A DNA stretch of 64,000 nucleotides from Takakia lepidozioides (Eukaryota; Plantae; Bryophyta): assembly GCA_030704615.1 (NCBI GenBank), contig CM060732.1, positions 78,802,001-78,866,000 on the forward strand, written 5' to 3'. The translations under genes were made by a program, and so were the position numbers. The notes below the pieces were generated by a model. That model saw only the letters and a program-made list of their open reading frames with translations, ran no database searches and was not told the origin of the DNA. Position 1 is the stretch's first letter. Each line of letters starts with the position of its first letter. Shown here piece after piece: positions 51,955 to 64,000 of this stretch.

Positions 51955-53389
51955 ACGGCTTGCAGTCCACCAGAACAATTTGCAATTATTCCATTGATTT
52001 CTATTCATATAGGAAATTTGTATCTTTCATCTACGTGCGGAGCTCGCGCCCACTACTCGATGGTGGAAACACTTCGTCGGGGTTTTAGACGATAATCCAA
52101 CTCCCGTTCACCCCGATGCCGCGGAGTCAGGAAAGTGTTCTGTGCAGGATAGGTTTACGAATCTCGATGATGGCCGCTCCTTTGGAGGGGGGACGAATAT
52201 GAGGACTGATCTACTCGAGTAGTCGATGGTAAACGGTGAAAGGAAGCCCCTGGGTCGGGATACAAACCATGTTCACGCCGGCACACGCTGGTCAAGCCTA
52301 GAGAATCCTGGACAGAACGCGCGGGTAGATAAGATGGGGTGACGGCTATGAGGGCGAGTGCCCAGGGGACTGTGGAATGCGCTCGAGGATGGATGGAAAA
52401 CCTCCCACAGAAGAAGCGGCGAGGAATGTAGTCCCGGCTCTCTTCGGCCGAGTTAAAAAATAAAAAATTTTTTATCGATCCCTTCATATATATGAAAAAT
52501 GTGGTTTGTAAAGAAACAACCTGGAGATGGCTGCCGAGATGGGGCCTCTATTGAGCCTTCGGCCTCTTCATACACGGGTCATGAGGAGAGAGGAGCCGTA
52601 TGATGGGAGACTATCACGTACGGTTCCATAGGAGGGGAACAGCTTTCAAACCTCAGGCCGAAGGTGGACATGGAGCAGAAAAAAAAAGATTTTTATTTCC
52701 CCTACCAACCCAATTCATCTTTGTTCATGCCACCAACTATCAGTTTAGTATTGCTTCTAGTTCATTTTGTCACCCTGAATGGAGGACACTCAGTACCAAA
52801 TGCTCGGCAATCCTTTGTGGAAATGATTTATGATTTTGTGCTTAACTTGGTGAACGAACAAATAAGCGGCGCTTCTTCGATGAAACAACGATTTTTCCCC
52901 CTAATCTTTGTCACTTTTACTTCTTCATTATTTCGTAATCTTATTGGTATGATACCCCATAGTTTTACAGTAACAAGTCATTTTATAATTACCCTGGGTC
53001 TTCCATTATCTCTTTCTATTGGAATCACTATAGTTGGATTTCAAACGCATGGGCTTCATTTTTTCAGTTTGTCATTACCGCAAGGAGTACCCTTGTCGTT
53101 AGCACCTTTCTTAGTACCTCCCGAGCCAATCCCTCATCGTTTCCGCGCATTAAGTTCAGGAATACGTTTATTTGCCAATATGATGGCTGGTCATAGTTTA
53201 GTCAAGATTTTGAGTGGGTTTGCTCGGACTATGCTATCTATGGGGGGTATTATGTATTTAGCACATCTTGCTCCTTTTTTGATAGTATTCGCATCAACTG
53301 GTTCAGAATTAGGTGTTGCCATATTACAAGCTTATGTTTCTACCATTTCAATTCGTATTTACTTAAATGATGCTATAAACCTTCATTAA
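51955..53389 (+). CDS. atp6: ATP synthase subunit a (exons 51955-52034, 52711-53389; ACG start)
   Basis: (M)ACSP.EQFAII; GIRLFANMMAGHSLVKI; E.GVAILQAYV; 80+679 = 759 nt. Confidence 0.95.
52035..52710 (+). mobile_element. Group II intron atp6i80g2 (ORF-less)
   Basis: GTGCGG start, D5 GAGCCGTATGATGGGAGACTATCACGTACGGTTC at ~52593-52626. Confidence 0.9.
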
Positions 53390-54082
53390 AAAACTGGTGG
53401 AGAAAGCACCAAACCAGTTGCTACATCACTTCCTCACTTTCAAGCGCGTCATCATCAACCGTAATGAAAGAGCTGGATTTGCTTTTGATGACGCAGAATG
53501 ATGCACACCAATAGTCGGAGACCTTTGAGAACGCGCGGGATGCGAAAAGCTACGAAAAAAAAAATATTATATATATATTTCGCTGCGCCCTGCGGCCTTG
53601 CAGAGTTCCCTGTTGGCGGAAGCCAATGTCCCGGGACCTCGGGGACTAATTCCTACCGAGACAAGGAGGCCGCAGGTACTCCCCCCCCCCCTCCCCCCCG
53701 CTCGACAAAAGCCCCCTCCGATCGCCTCATTCACAGGAAGTGTGCAGGTACTCATGCGCGCTACCTGCGGGGTGCGCAAAAAGAATATAGATTTGCTGCG
53801 CCCACTCTCTCCCAAAACCTCCCCGATCCGGCTCGGAGAAGGAGCAAGCTTGCCTTCGGCTGGGACGCTTGGCGTTTGATTCTCAGGAAGGGCGAATGAT
53901 TCGAAATTCTGGTAGAGGCCATGAATAAATCGGGGGGCCTCTGAGTAGCCAAGCGCATAATGAAGCTTGGGTTGTTTCCTCTCCCCAGGGTGGGGCACGA
54001 GGAGGCGAAGCGCATTATTCAGAAGCTTTTCTGCGCTTCGCCTCCTCCGTGGCCCGATCCTTCTTATCACACTTCGAATAGT

Positions 54083-54814
54083 TTACCACCATCTATAATG
54101 CGAAAAACTACGATTGGCTTGAGCAAGTTTATGAAGATCATCCCTTTTTTTACGTGCAATCCCCATCTTTCGGGAAGCATCCAATATCTCATCAGACAAA
54201 CATTGATCTAGGCTTATGCTCTTTTTGCTCATACGTCGTTTGGCTGCTGCTTCGAGCATCCAACGAATAGCTAAGGTTTCTTGACGATTTGTTGCTATAA
54301 TAGATGGTACTAATTGAGTAGTACCAGAAATTCTTACTTTTTTCACTTCACGAATAGGCTTGACATTTTCTATGGCGTTGACCAAAAGTTTTATTACATC
54401 GCCATGATGAGCTGGACAATGAAAAGTTTTATAAACAATAGCACGAGATCTCGTTTTTTTACCATCAATCATGCAAATATGGACCGATTTTTTTATTAAT
54501 TGTTTTTGTTTACCATTCAAGCCCCGGATATAGCCAAAATTGTCTGAGCAATTGTATGTGCTTGCCCCACGGCCCCTGGGTCTTGATGGCACATGCCCTG
54601 GAAGGGCATAGCATAAATATCTACGATGGGATAAGCAAAGCGCAGAAAAGCTTTCTGGAAAAAAAAATATATTTTTTCCGCTAAATGGCCAAAAACTTGG
54701 CCAATTTTCCTTTTTTTTCGTTCCCGCTTTTTCCGAAAGTCTTGATTGGTGAAACCAATCAAGGGCTGAACCGAAAGCGAAGCTTAAATTCGATGATTTG
54801 ACAAATAGATTCAT
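54083..54814 (-). CDS. rps7: Ribosomal protein S7
   Basis: [14 protein letters not shown]; [10 protein letters not shown]; [17 protein letters not shown]; ATGA overlap with the rps12 stop. Confidence 0.95.
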   Translation of the reverse strand: MNLFVKSSNLSFAFGSALDWFHQSRLSEKAGTKKKENWPSFWPFSGKNIFFFPESFSALCLSHRRYLCYALPGHVPSRPRGRGASTYNCSDNFGYIRGLNGKQKQLIKKSVHICMIDGKKTRSRAIVYKTFHCPAHHGDVIKLLVNAIENVKPIREVKKVRISGTTQLVPSIIATNRQETLAIRWMLEAAAKRRMSKKSISLDQCLSDEILDASRKMGIARKKRDDLHKLAQANRSFSHYRWW

Positions 54815-55191
54815 ATAGAATCTTTGGTTTTTTTTGTACCATATTTAGATCTGCCTTGACGTCGACCCGGTATTCCCTGCAAATCTTTGACTCCTCGAAT
54901 ACGATGGTATTTCACACCTGGCAAATCTTTCACTCTACCTCCTCTAACCATAACCACAGGATGCTCTTGCGAATTATGACCTTCGCCGGGAATGTAAGCA
55001 ATTATCTCATTTCGATTGGTTAAACGTACTTTGGCTATCTTGCGTGAAGCTGAATTAGGTTTTTTTGGTGTTCTTGTCGAAACACGCAGGCATACTCCTT
55101 GCTTTTGAGGACATTGATTCGAAGCTCGAGTACGTTGTGTGCGCCGTTTCGACTCTCTACCATGACGAATCATTTGATTTATTGTAGGCGT
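54811..55191 (-). CDS. rps12: Ribosomal protein S12 (ACG start)
   Basis: (M)PTINQ; TPKKPNSA; [11 protein letters not shown]; RSKYGTKK. Confidence 0.96.
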   Translation of the reverse strand, partial: TPTINQMIRHGRESKRRTQRTRASNQCPQKQGVCLRVSTRTPKKPNSASRKIAKVRLTNRNEIIAYIPGEGHNSQEHPVVMVRGGRVKDLPGVKYHRIRGVKDLQGIPGRRQGRSKYGTKKTKDSI

Positions 55192-55704
55192 ATTTCACTT
55201 ACTTGGTTTTTTTCAGAAAGTCGCGTAAAAAAAAAGTTTTTTCCCATTTCTCACGCACGCTCTATTCGCTACAGGAATAATGGAGCCTGTGGCCGCTACG
55301 CCCTGCGGCCTTTCATCGCTATGCTTCCCACGATCCCTATTAACGATGAACGCGCAAAGGAAAAACAAGATAGGACGGTTAAAAGACAGAATCAAGGGCG
55401 AAGAGACAGAAAAAAAAATATTTATTTTTTCTTGTAGATCATTTTTTAGGCTCTTTTATAATTTATCCTCTTTTTGCGCCATTGATTGCTAAGCGGCACA
55501 GAAGCACCTGCGGCCTCGGATCACTAAGCTAAGCGGAGTCTTCGCATGCTAAGCAACGAAAAAATAAATATTTTTTTAAAAAGAAAAAGAAAATATAGAT
55601 CTCTTTTTTTCGCTCTTGTATCCTTTTTCAGACAATTTACTACGTGCACCAGAAAGCCCTTTTCGCTTGGCTTCTGGAGCAACCATAGTAATTGTAAGGA
55701 AGGT

Positions 55705-55777
55705 TATCCCTTACGGGATTCGAACCCGTGTTCTCGCCATGAAAAGACGATGTCCTATACCCCTAGACGAAAGGGAC
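55705..55777 (-). tRNA. trnE: tRNA-Glu(UUC)
   Basis: GTCCCTTTCGTCTAGGGG..TTTTCAT..GGTTCGAATCCC. Confidence 0.94.
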
Positions 55778-56328
55778 GAAATGACTTCGAGGAAAGATGT
55801 CCGGCCAGAGCTGCGCTGCGAGAGAAGGAAGTGGCACGATCTGCGGCCTGTTGCTCGTCTATGCGCCACTTTTCCCTCCCATCTACGAGAATTCATGACG
55901 CTTTCAACTAGAAACAAAAACTCTTTACCTTGTCGACATTAAACATAGCAGTAAACCTTAAACGCAAGCTAGTCAATTCTTGATCACAAAGTAATCTTCT
56001 TCGAACCCGATTACTGGCATGTCGTAATGTATGAAGCCAAACCACGTAACTGCGGTCAAGATGTTGAATGATTTGACCACAGTGCTATGACGGGAAACTG
56101 TCTCGGATCACGGAAGGCACAAACGCTTAATAATGCAATACGGTAGTAATGGCCTAATTTAAAACAATGCTTGGTAGTATACCATCGCTTGGGCGAATGG
56201 GGTGAAACAGGGTGCAACCTATATATTATATTTTTTTAAATTTGTTAAATATTTCTTCATATATATATTTTTTTTTCTTCGTAGTGACTCAGCGCAGATG
56301 ACACGTAGTGCTTAAGAATAATCGACTT

Positions 56329-56402
56329 GTGCTTGTAGCTCAATCGGATAGAGCACCAAACTACGGATTTGGGGGTTGAGAGTTCGAATCTTTCCAAGCA
56401 TG
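56329..56402 (+). tRNA. trnR: tRNA-Arg(ACG)
   Basis: GTGCTTGTAGCTCAATCGG..CTACGGA..GTTCGAATC. Confidence 0.94.
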
Positions 56403-56503
56403 GGCCTATCAATCAAATTGTACTAAGGGAATACGTCCGATAGGTGTAAAGTAAGCAGTTCCAATCAGACGTATTTTATTATCTCCCTGCTCTGTCGGAG
56501 CTG

Positions 56504-56575
56504 GCGGAAATAGCTTAATGGTAGAGTATAGCCTTGCCAAGGCTGAGGTTGAGGGTTCAAGTCCCTTTTTCCGCT
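56504..56575 (+). tRNA. trnG: tRNA-Gly(GCC)
   Basis: GCGGAAATAGCTTAATGG..TTGCCAA..GGTTCAAGTCCC. Confidence 0.95.
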
Positions 56576-57209
56576 TGGGTTGATATTAACTGGGTCTTCC
56601 CTTGTGGTTTCGCGGAGACGAAGTTGTTGTGGTCACCGGCGAAGCGGGCCGAAGGCACCGGGAGAGAGTGGCCAAGAGAACCAGGGACCAAGTTGCTTGG
56701 CCTCGGGGCCGCAGGCCACAGGAGGCGCAGCTTCAGATATTCGGAAAAGAGAGAAAGGAAAAATATTTTTTATTGGCTACCACCCGCCACGCCGCGGCGG
56801 GGAGATGAATCATTTGTCATGATCCAGGGCGCAGGTGCACCCATCCTTCTTCGCGCTGCGGGGGTCATTGCCCCGCGAAACGCGGTGAAACCGGTGCTGC
56901 GCCCACATTATCCGCATAACAAATGATGGGGGCTTGGAACCGGGAGGATGGAGGAATGAAACGGTACGGAGAGTCATTGGAGGCACAGTGCTTTCCCTGT
57001 TCTTAGCAAAGGCCAAATAAAATACCTGCGAAAAAAATTAGTTTTTTTCATCGCGGCCCGCGAAAAGCTACGCCCTGCGGCCTTGCTCGAATTCAGCCTT
57101 AAATCCAAGCCAGACTCGCGGATTATGCAATTACTATGGTGAATTTAACACTTACCAAGAAAATAAAATTTTTTTATATTTCTCCGAACCGGCAGAGAAA
57201 TCTCACAAC

Positions 57210-59684
57210 TTACAAACATAGACTTAGCGCCATTTGATGAGTGACTAAAAATAAGGGAGAGGGGTATAGAAAGAAAAAAGTAATAAAAAATAAAGTAATT
57301 GCTAGTAGTAAGGATTTTTCACGATCCATGGGTCTATATAGAATCCAGGTTTTAGGTGTATCAAAATACATTATTTTCACAAAGCGTATATAATAAAAAC
57401 AACTGATAACGCTAGTAACAACTCCTATTAAGGCTAGTAAGTAAGCCCCGCAGCCTAAAGCGGCGAAAAACAAATAGAATTTGCTACGAAATCCGGCTAA
57501 CGGGGGTATTCCTGCGTATGGAAACATAGTAATAGACGGGGTAATAGCTGAAATAGGATTAGTTTTGGCTAAAGCACCTAAATCCGCTATATATTTGAAA
57601 CGGTTTTGACGTAATGCTAAAACTATGGCGAATACATTGATGGTCATTAATACATAAATAAAGACACCGATTAGTAGCGATTGAATCCCTTCTATGGTTC
57701 CACATGAAAAACCAATGAAGAGATAACCTACATGTCCGATAGAACTATAAGCTAAAGGTCTTTTAACTTTGTTTTGGGCCATGGCGGCCAGTGCTCCTAA
57801 GATCATAGAAGCGATGCTGCAGAAAAGGAATAGTTGTTGCCATGTCGGATCATAGAAACTATAAATAGAAACACGTACCATATTGGCAAGAATAGAGATT
57901 TTAGGTGCAATAGGAAAGAATGCTGTAACCGGAGTAGGTGAACCCTCGTATACATCAGGTGCCCACATATGAAAAGGAACTGCTGTGATCTTAAATGGAA
58001 AACCTACGGCAATAAATAAAATCCCCATAAAAATACCACTAGATTGAGCACCGAACGAAGTGATTTCATATCCAGTGAAAATCTTAGCTAATTCCTCAAA
58101 GTTAGTAACTCCAGTAAATCCGTAAATCATAGAACGACCAAACAATAAAATTCCAGGGGAGAATGCACCTAAAATAAAATATTTTGAGCCGGCTTCTGTG
58201 GAAAATTCAGAGTCTCTTTTTGGGGCTGCGATCACATGAAAACGTAAACTCTGAGGCTCAATAGCTAAATACGTGGCAATTAAATCATAAGCCGAGATCA
58301 TAAGAAGCATACTGCGAGTAGGAAGTGAAATTGGGACAATAGATTCAAAAGCATTCAAACTCTCTTCTTTGAAATAATCCAAACACATAACTATAGTGCT
58401 AGCCGTACTTAATAATAGAAAGATTTGGCAAAAATATGTAAAATTGTCTATTATTAAATTATTATAGAATAAATTGGCAACAGTTAGAGGTGCGCCAGCG
58501 GCAACCAATAGGATGGTTATTAGATACCGATAGGGTTCTTACCCCCCGGTCAGAACCACACGTGCAAGTTTCCTTGCATGTGGCTCGTCCATGATAACTT
58601 CTTCGGGTTTACGGACCGGGACCCCCCAGGGCTGGGCCTGCATAGACGAAACGGAACATCGGTCATGTTCGGAGTTGGCGTTATGCCATATCGTCTTCCA
58701 TTCCCAAGGGGTATATTGGTTACGTCCGTAGGTGGAGTAATCAAAATCGCTGCTTTGCCCAGCTGTTGCCTTAGTCCTTCATTCAGGGTTGGTATATTGA
58801 CGTAGGAAGTCTCGTTAGTATGAGGCTGAAAGTTAGTTACACTCAGCAAAAAAAAATATTTTTTTTTTCCCAGTCAGCTAGGCCAGCCTCTATTGGCATT
58901 ATCCCAAATCGCTTCTCCGATTCTGCTACACCTTCCAGACGCGGCGCGCGTCCGCGTGTTTCCAGTACAGCGCATTATCACCTACCTCCCTTTCCTCCGA
59001 GCTCTTCACTCCAAGGGGCATCGTCGTATGCTCGACATTAATTGCCCGGTGTACTTTTCGGGGTACATTATGGAAGGATCTGTCACCCGTACATTTTTGG
59101 CCAAAGCCTCGGTCTCCAAGGGATTTTCAAAAGTCTTTTTTGAAATCGTAGCAAAATATTTTTTTTTCTCTGGGCTACGCCCCGCTTCTCTCGAAGCTGG
59201 TCCCTATAGAGTCCATTTGGGTGATCCCTAGTTTGCGCGTTTGGTCGTTTGCTCGCCGTTTAGTTACGTGTACGACTCTTCCTGTTCGTTACAGTTACGT
59301 CCGGAGGGTTGCTCGCGCGTGAGTAGCGTTCGGGCCCACGTGCCTTCCGGCCCCGCCCCTCGTTGGGGGGAGTTACCTTACTCCTATGCGTACGATTGTC
59401 CTTGCGGCGAAACGCGGATAGTACCCATGCTATGGTTCCCTGCGGTCTGATCCCACATAAGGTTAGGGAGTCCACCCGAGCGATTGCTTTCAACCTTCGT
59501 CTTCCCAAACGCGCCCTCCTAGGCGCGCAACACTAAGTGAACCAAGCCAACTCACATTACGCACCAATGGTGGATAATCATATTTCTTAGAGGTACTAAA
59601 TACAACTCCATAAATAAGCGAAATGATGGTTGCGTTAATAAGAAAGATCTCTGGGAAAAGCGCTAAAAAATCATGTTCAAACAT
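57210..59684 (-). CDS. nad2: NADH dehydrogenase subunit 2 (exons 59684-59529, 58523-57210)
   Basis: MFEHDFLALFPEIFL; KITAVPFHMWAPDVYEGSP; AGIPPLAGF; 156+1314 = 1470 nt. Confidence 0.95.
58524..59528 (-). mobile_element. Group II intron nad2i156g2 (ORF-less)
   Basis: GCGCG start, D5 near 58586-58553, ends GGTAT. Confidence 0.88.
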
Positions 59685-59710
59685 TTCTTCGAACCTCTTT
59701 TTTATGTTTC

Positions 59711-61925
59711 TTAATCAAATTTTCCATGTTGCACTAAGTTACTTACGGAAGTATGCATACACTCTGGGAACACTTCGGGGTAAACACCCATCCGAATAAC
59801 TCCGACAATAAAAGGTAAAAATATTAGAACTTCTCTTCTATTTAAATCGGATAATTTTTGGAGGAAATTGGGTTTTAAATTCCCAAAAATCACACGATTA
59901 TATAGCCAAAGAGAATAAGCTGCGCCTAAAATCATCCCAAGTGCTGCTAATGTGGCCACTAAGCTATTTCTTTGGAAAGCTCCTACTAAAATGAGAAATT
60001 CCCCGATAGAGCTGCTAGTACCGGGTAAACTCATATTGGCTAAAGTGGGGAATAAGGGAATGGTAGGAAACATTGGCATGGTGCTGACTAAACCTCCATA
60101 ATATTTAACAAGTCGAGTCTTATGTCGGTCATATGGAGCACCAACACGTGGAGAAGGGGCTGAAGGAACCGGTCCATGACTTGACATAGGTAAAATACTA
60201 CCTTCAATTCCCTGTATGTTTGGACTGAACATACCAATAGTCACAAAATTCATATGGGCTACTGGAGAGTGGGCAATAATTTTCTTCAGATCGATTTGTC
60301 TTATTGTAGTCAAGGAAGTATATATAATAGCAATCACGCTTGGAGTATAAATGAAAGGAGTGGAATGAAGTGTCGCTTCAGGAAACATGGGTATGGAAAA
60401 TCTTGAAAAACCATAGGTTCCTAATTTTAGAAGAATTCCTGCCAAGATTACAGATCCAGCCGTAGGTGCCTCTACATGAGCTTCGGGTAACCGAATATGC
60501 ACTGGTACCATAGGCACTTTCACGGAGAGAGAAGCAAAAAAAGCAATCCATAGCAAGATTTGGCGCCGCTCACTAAATTCTGTAGTTAATAATATTTGTA
60601 AATCAGTGGTTCCTGTTTGAGAAAAAATAAATAAAATGGCTAAGAGCATGAAGACAGATCCAAGTAGAGTATATAAAAAAAACTGATATGCTGCTCGTAT
60701 TTTTCTTCGTCTAGAACCCCATACCCCTATAATAATGGGAGAGTAAGGGATAGGCCCTCTGCTTTATCTCCCCACGATAAGTGGGTCGGGAAAACGCTTC
60801 TTCAGTAGGTACCCACTCCCTTCTCAGGGAACCGTACGTGATACTCTCGCATCATACGGCTCCGTCTCGAGATAGCTGATGAGTCGGAAAGAAACGCCAA
60901 GCCGAAAAAAATATATATTTTTTATTTTGGTCCTCTCTTTTGTTTCAGCAACTCATCCTGCGGCCTCGCCAATCGCTTCCGGGGGGAGGAATCGACCTGA
61001 GGCCTTTTCTCAAGACCAGGACGATTATCCCTGTCAACTCAATAGGTAGCTGACGAGTTTACGTCCATCCCCAGGCGTCGGGTACAGTTCCCTTCCCCGC
61101 CACCCCCGTAGCCGTCACCTGTAATTCGCGCAGGTGTGTCTGCACCCCCTGGACTTGACGAAAAATGTTTTCCCGCAGCAAAACTCCATTCTCCTCCGCC
61201 TAGGAGCACCCTTTCCTGCATGTCCATACAATACTCGAGTAGGCAGGGTGAAGTCTTGCAAGGTACCCATTCAGAGTACCTCCCTAATCCCAGATAGGTC
61301 ATCCGACGGGTTCGACCAAAAAGCTATGCTTACACACAAGACTACCCTTCTCCGAAAGCTTCGCGGGGACTACTAAACTTAGATCCGCCCGGAGGAGTTT
61401 ACTGCACAAGGCTCCTGCAGAGGCGGCGCTTCGCGCCGCGAATATCAGATGCTCAGCTCCGCACAACATAGGGATTGAAACGCTTTCAGGAAAAACATAA
61501 GATAGTAAAAGATCCGGCATGCGAAACACAGCAATCATGAAAGATTCACGAATTAAAAACGCTATCATATACTCTTTTTTATAACTCTTGATACTGGACC
61601 AACCTACTGGAATGCGAATAGGAATTAAAAATGTGGTCAAGACCACAGAGAATAAAGAGATACCATCTATACCTATGTGAAAATTGATGTTTGAATAAGG
61701 AAGCCATCGAATGGTTTCCACAAATTGAAATTTGGCTGTAGAATTATCGAATTGTATCCAAGGAAAGGGAGAATACAAAAAAGTAATCAAAGAGGTGCAC
61801 AAACCAATACTTCGTATCAGTCGTATTCTTGAATCAGGGATAACAAAAGTAATAATGCTTCCTAACGGAGGACACGGAATAAGACCACTGAGATTGGAAT
61901 AAAATGGAGCTAAGAATTGTAACGT
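59711..61925 (-). CDS. nad4: NADH dehydrogenase subunit 4 (exons 61925-61465, 60737-59711; ACG start)
   Basis: GIDGISLF; VKVPMVPVHI.LPEAHVEAPTAGSVILAG; 461+1027 = 1488 nt. Confidence 0.95.
60738..61464 (-). mobile_element. Group II intron nad4i461g2 (ORF-less)
   Basis: GTGCGG start, D5 near 60862-60829, CTCTCC end. Confidence 0.9.
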
Positions 61926-62556
61926 AAATGTTTACTCTTCTTCCAATAAATCCCGAGGACGCAGCTCTCTTCGCAGGCCGCAGGTCTATATCTCTTCTCG
62001 GCTTTCCAGCCATAGCGGCCGATGGGTATATCACCCCGCACTTATATACATAACGCCCGTAACAATTGCATAACTTGATGGGCTTTTGTATGCGCATACT
62101 ATGTAATTGCATGCTTCGCCCTTCGCTGCTTTGCCCAACGCTTCAGGGCCTGCTACTATGACCGGACGGACCCGGTCAAGGCCGGGGGGATAAGAAAAAG
62201 CCAATTAATGGGCCAAAAAAAATTTTTTTTTCCGTTCTATGTTTCTTTCGTTTTCTCCCCTCCGACCCTCGATCTATCATTCCATCATTCCAACCTTTAC
62301 TTCCTCCTTCCCCCTCCTCGGATTCCCTATAGTATAGGCCCGAACCAATCCCGTGCTGAGGACTCCTTTTTTCAGGACTCATCGTAGATGAACTGCAAAG
62401 CGTAGCTTGGGCTCCAAGAAAAATCTATTTTTTTTTTCGCTCGTCAGGCTTCGGGCCTCGGCCCTCCCTCCCAGCGGAGCTGAGAAAAGGGCGTAGCACC
62501 GGCTTATCATTGCGTCCCTTGAAGTTTCGTGTTATTATACGAGGAAGTTTGGACCT

Positions 62557-63129
62557 TTGGTTCGTGCTAATGTCTTTTTCGAAACGGATAAATAGAAAAC
62601 TCACTATGTAAATAAAATACAATCGATTATCTACCCGAAAAGAAATAGAATCCCACAGACCTATTATGGTAATAAATATGGTTAAGCCAATCGACATCAC
62701 AGAAGCATAATGATAAACAAAGCCACTTTGAAGTTTACTGATTTGCTTGGCTAATTTTCGAAATGTGTACGAAATCCCATAAGGCCCCAAGATTTCAATA
62801 GCACCCTTATCTAAAGCTTTAAATGAGACTTCGTATCCAAGATGCAAAAACGATCTAACTATAAGGTCATTAAAAACTTTATCAAAAAACCAGCGCTTAT
62901 TTAAAAAGCAATATAGTCGATTACCCAAAGTACTAGTTTTCGAAGCGAAAATGAATTGATTTGCTACAAAATTTATATTATACGCCACAAAAGCACCTAA
63001 AGTACTAAACAAAATAGGAATTAGTTTGATAATTGTTGGAGTAGCAAACTCGGATTCGGCAATAATTTCATTTTTGGGTAGTGTGAAAAGGGAATTAGCC
63101 CGAAAATTGGTACCTAAACCAATCATCGT
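62557..63129 (-). CDS. nad5: NADH dehydrogenase subunit 5, terminal exon (CAA stop by editing)
   Basis: (M)MIGLGTNF; [14 protein letters not shown]; [13 protein letters not shown]; [10 protein letters not shown]. Confidence 0.92.
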
Positions 63130-64000
63130 ATCGGTCCCTAAGCCGTTCCATTGCTGGAACGGCTTGGCTTCAAAACCGTACGTGAGGCTTCCGCCTCATA
63201 CGGCTCCTCTCAGGATTTTCCGTCTCCCCGCTTGTTTTCAACATGGCAATGCTTGTCTAGGAGTTGAAGGTTGTTGTATACGAACACCCAAGGATTTCAC
63301 TTTGATGTGGTCTACTCCCATGTCCTCGTGGTTTCCGAACATCTTTGGGCAATGTACTCAAGAGCCCCTTCAGGAGTTTGGCTACCGCATCTGGAGCCTC
63401 AGATTCCAGTAAATATTATTTCCGTCGAAGGTGCGCAGCGGAGAAGAGAAGTCGAAACGGAAAAAAAATATAGATTTCTTTGCTGTTGCGCCCTCTCCTC
63501 ACTCGGCTTGTATTTCCATTGGGCTCTTATCTTGTCTCACCTTAATGTGCTTGTGGCTAGCTATCCAACTCGGTTTGACCAGGTAATATTCTTTTTTAAC
63601 CCCAAAGGCCGTTGTGTAGGAGTCGTACGAAATCCAGTTATCTTGGTGTGCTTTCCCTTGGAAGATCCAGCTTCTCCTTTCAGGGAAGTACTTTAGTTTG
63701 ATTTTATCACGACCCCATGTTGGGTGCCGTCGGTACACCCATGCTCGGATCTTTTGAAAGATGTCATGGTCTAGTCTCCGGAATACATTGCTGCATTCGG
63801 AGTATTTGAAGTAGTTGCCCCATCCCACTATTTCGGGTACCGGGGTTGCGATAGGTTGGTAGGCCGCTTTTCCCTTTGAGAGTTGGATGGCCCGTCGAAT
63901 CTCCTCGAGAAATCTCCGGCGAGACTCACGAGACGGAGTTATTAAAGTTTTCACTTTGCCCCATTTCCAGATATGATTGATTGGGAACCCTAGGAATTGG
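63130..64000 (-). mobile_element. 3' part of group II intron nad5i1455g2 with maturase domain X and broken HNH
   Basis: IVGWGNYF...IRAWVYRRHP (63499-63954); VDHIK..NLQLL.KHCH remnant ~63300-63240; D5 near 63206-63173; CCGAT end. Confidence 0.88.

Noticed and set aside
53498-54070. Overlapping 84-167 aa ORFs between atp6 and rps7
   Set aside because: GC-rich spacer made of dispersed repeats and C tracts, open on both strands, with no protein signature.
56082-56110. D5-like string GTGCTATGACGGGAAACTGTCTCGG between trnE and trnR
   Set aside because: Lacks the AGC triad stem and the GGTTC arm; too degenerate to support.

Overview
This is a 64-kb segment of a bryophyte mitochondrial genome. The gene order (nad5-nad4-nad2-trnG-trnR-trnE-rps12-rps7-atp6-nad6-cox2-cox3-nad1-cob-nad9-atp1-trnW-nad3-trnV-trnD-trnA-trnT-nad7-rpl2-rps19-rps3-rpl16-rpl5-rps14-rps8-rpl6-rps13) is moss-type. 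So is the intron set (nad5i1455, nad4i461, nad2i156, atp6i80, cox2i104/373/691, cox3i506, nad1i287/728, cobi420g1, nad9i283, atp1i1127, nad7i140/209). The genes need very dense C-to-U editing, including 11 ACG starts and at least 5 CAA/CAG stops, and no U-to-C editing. This points to an early-diverging, editing-rich moss such as Takakia (inference). Almost everything is on the minus strand. Most unusual observations: (1) rpl2-rps19 and cox2-cox3 are continuous reading frames in DNA, separated only by editing. (2) A maturase-bearing group II intron sits in a decayed rps8. (3) trnS and trnN are split by group II introns with matching EBS1 loops; trnS has a GCC anticodon and its intron lacks domain V. 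(4) An almost intact ACG-start rps10 is missed by the ORF track. (5) There is an orphan intron D5/D6 and an rrn26 fragment. (6) Families of small hairpin elements have invaded spacers, intron ORFs and ribosomal protein genes. No CRISPR or prokaryotic defence system is visible. Novelty claims rest on recall and need database checks.
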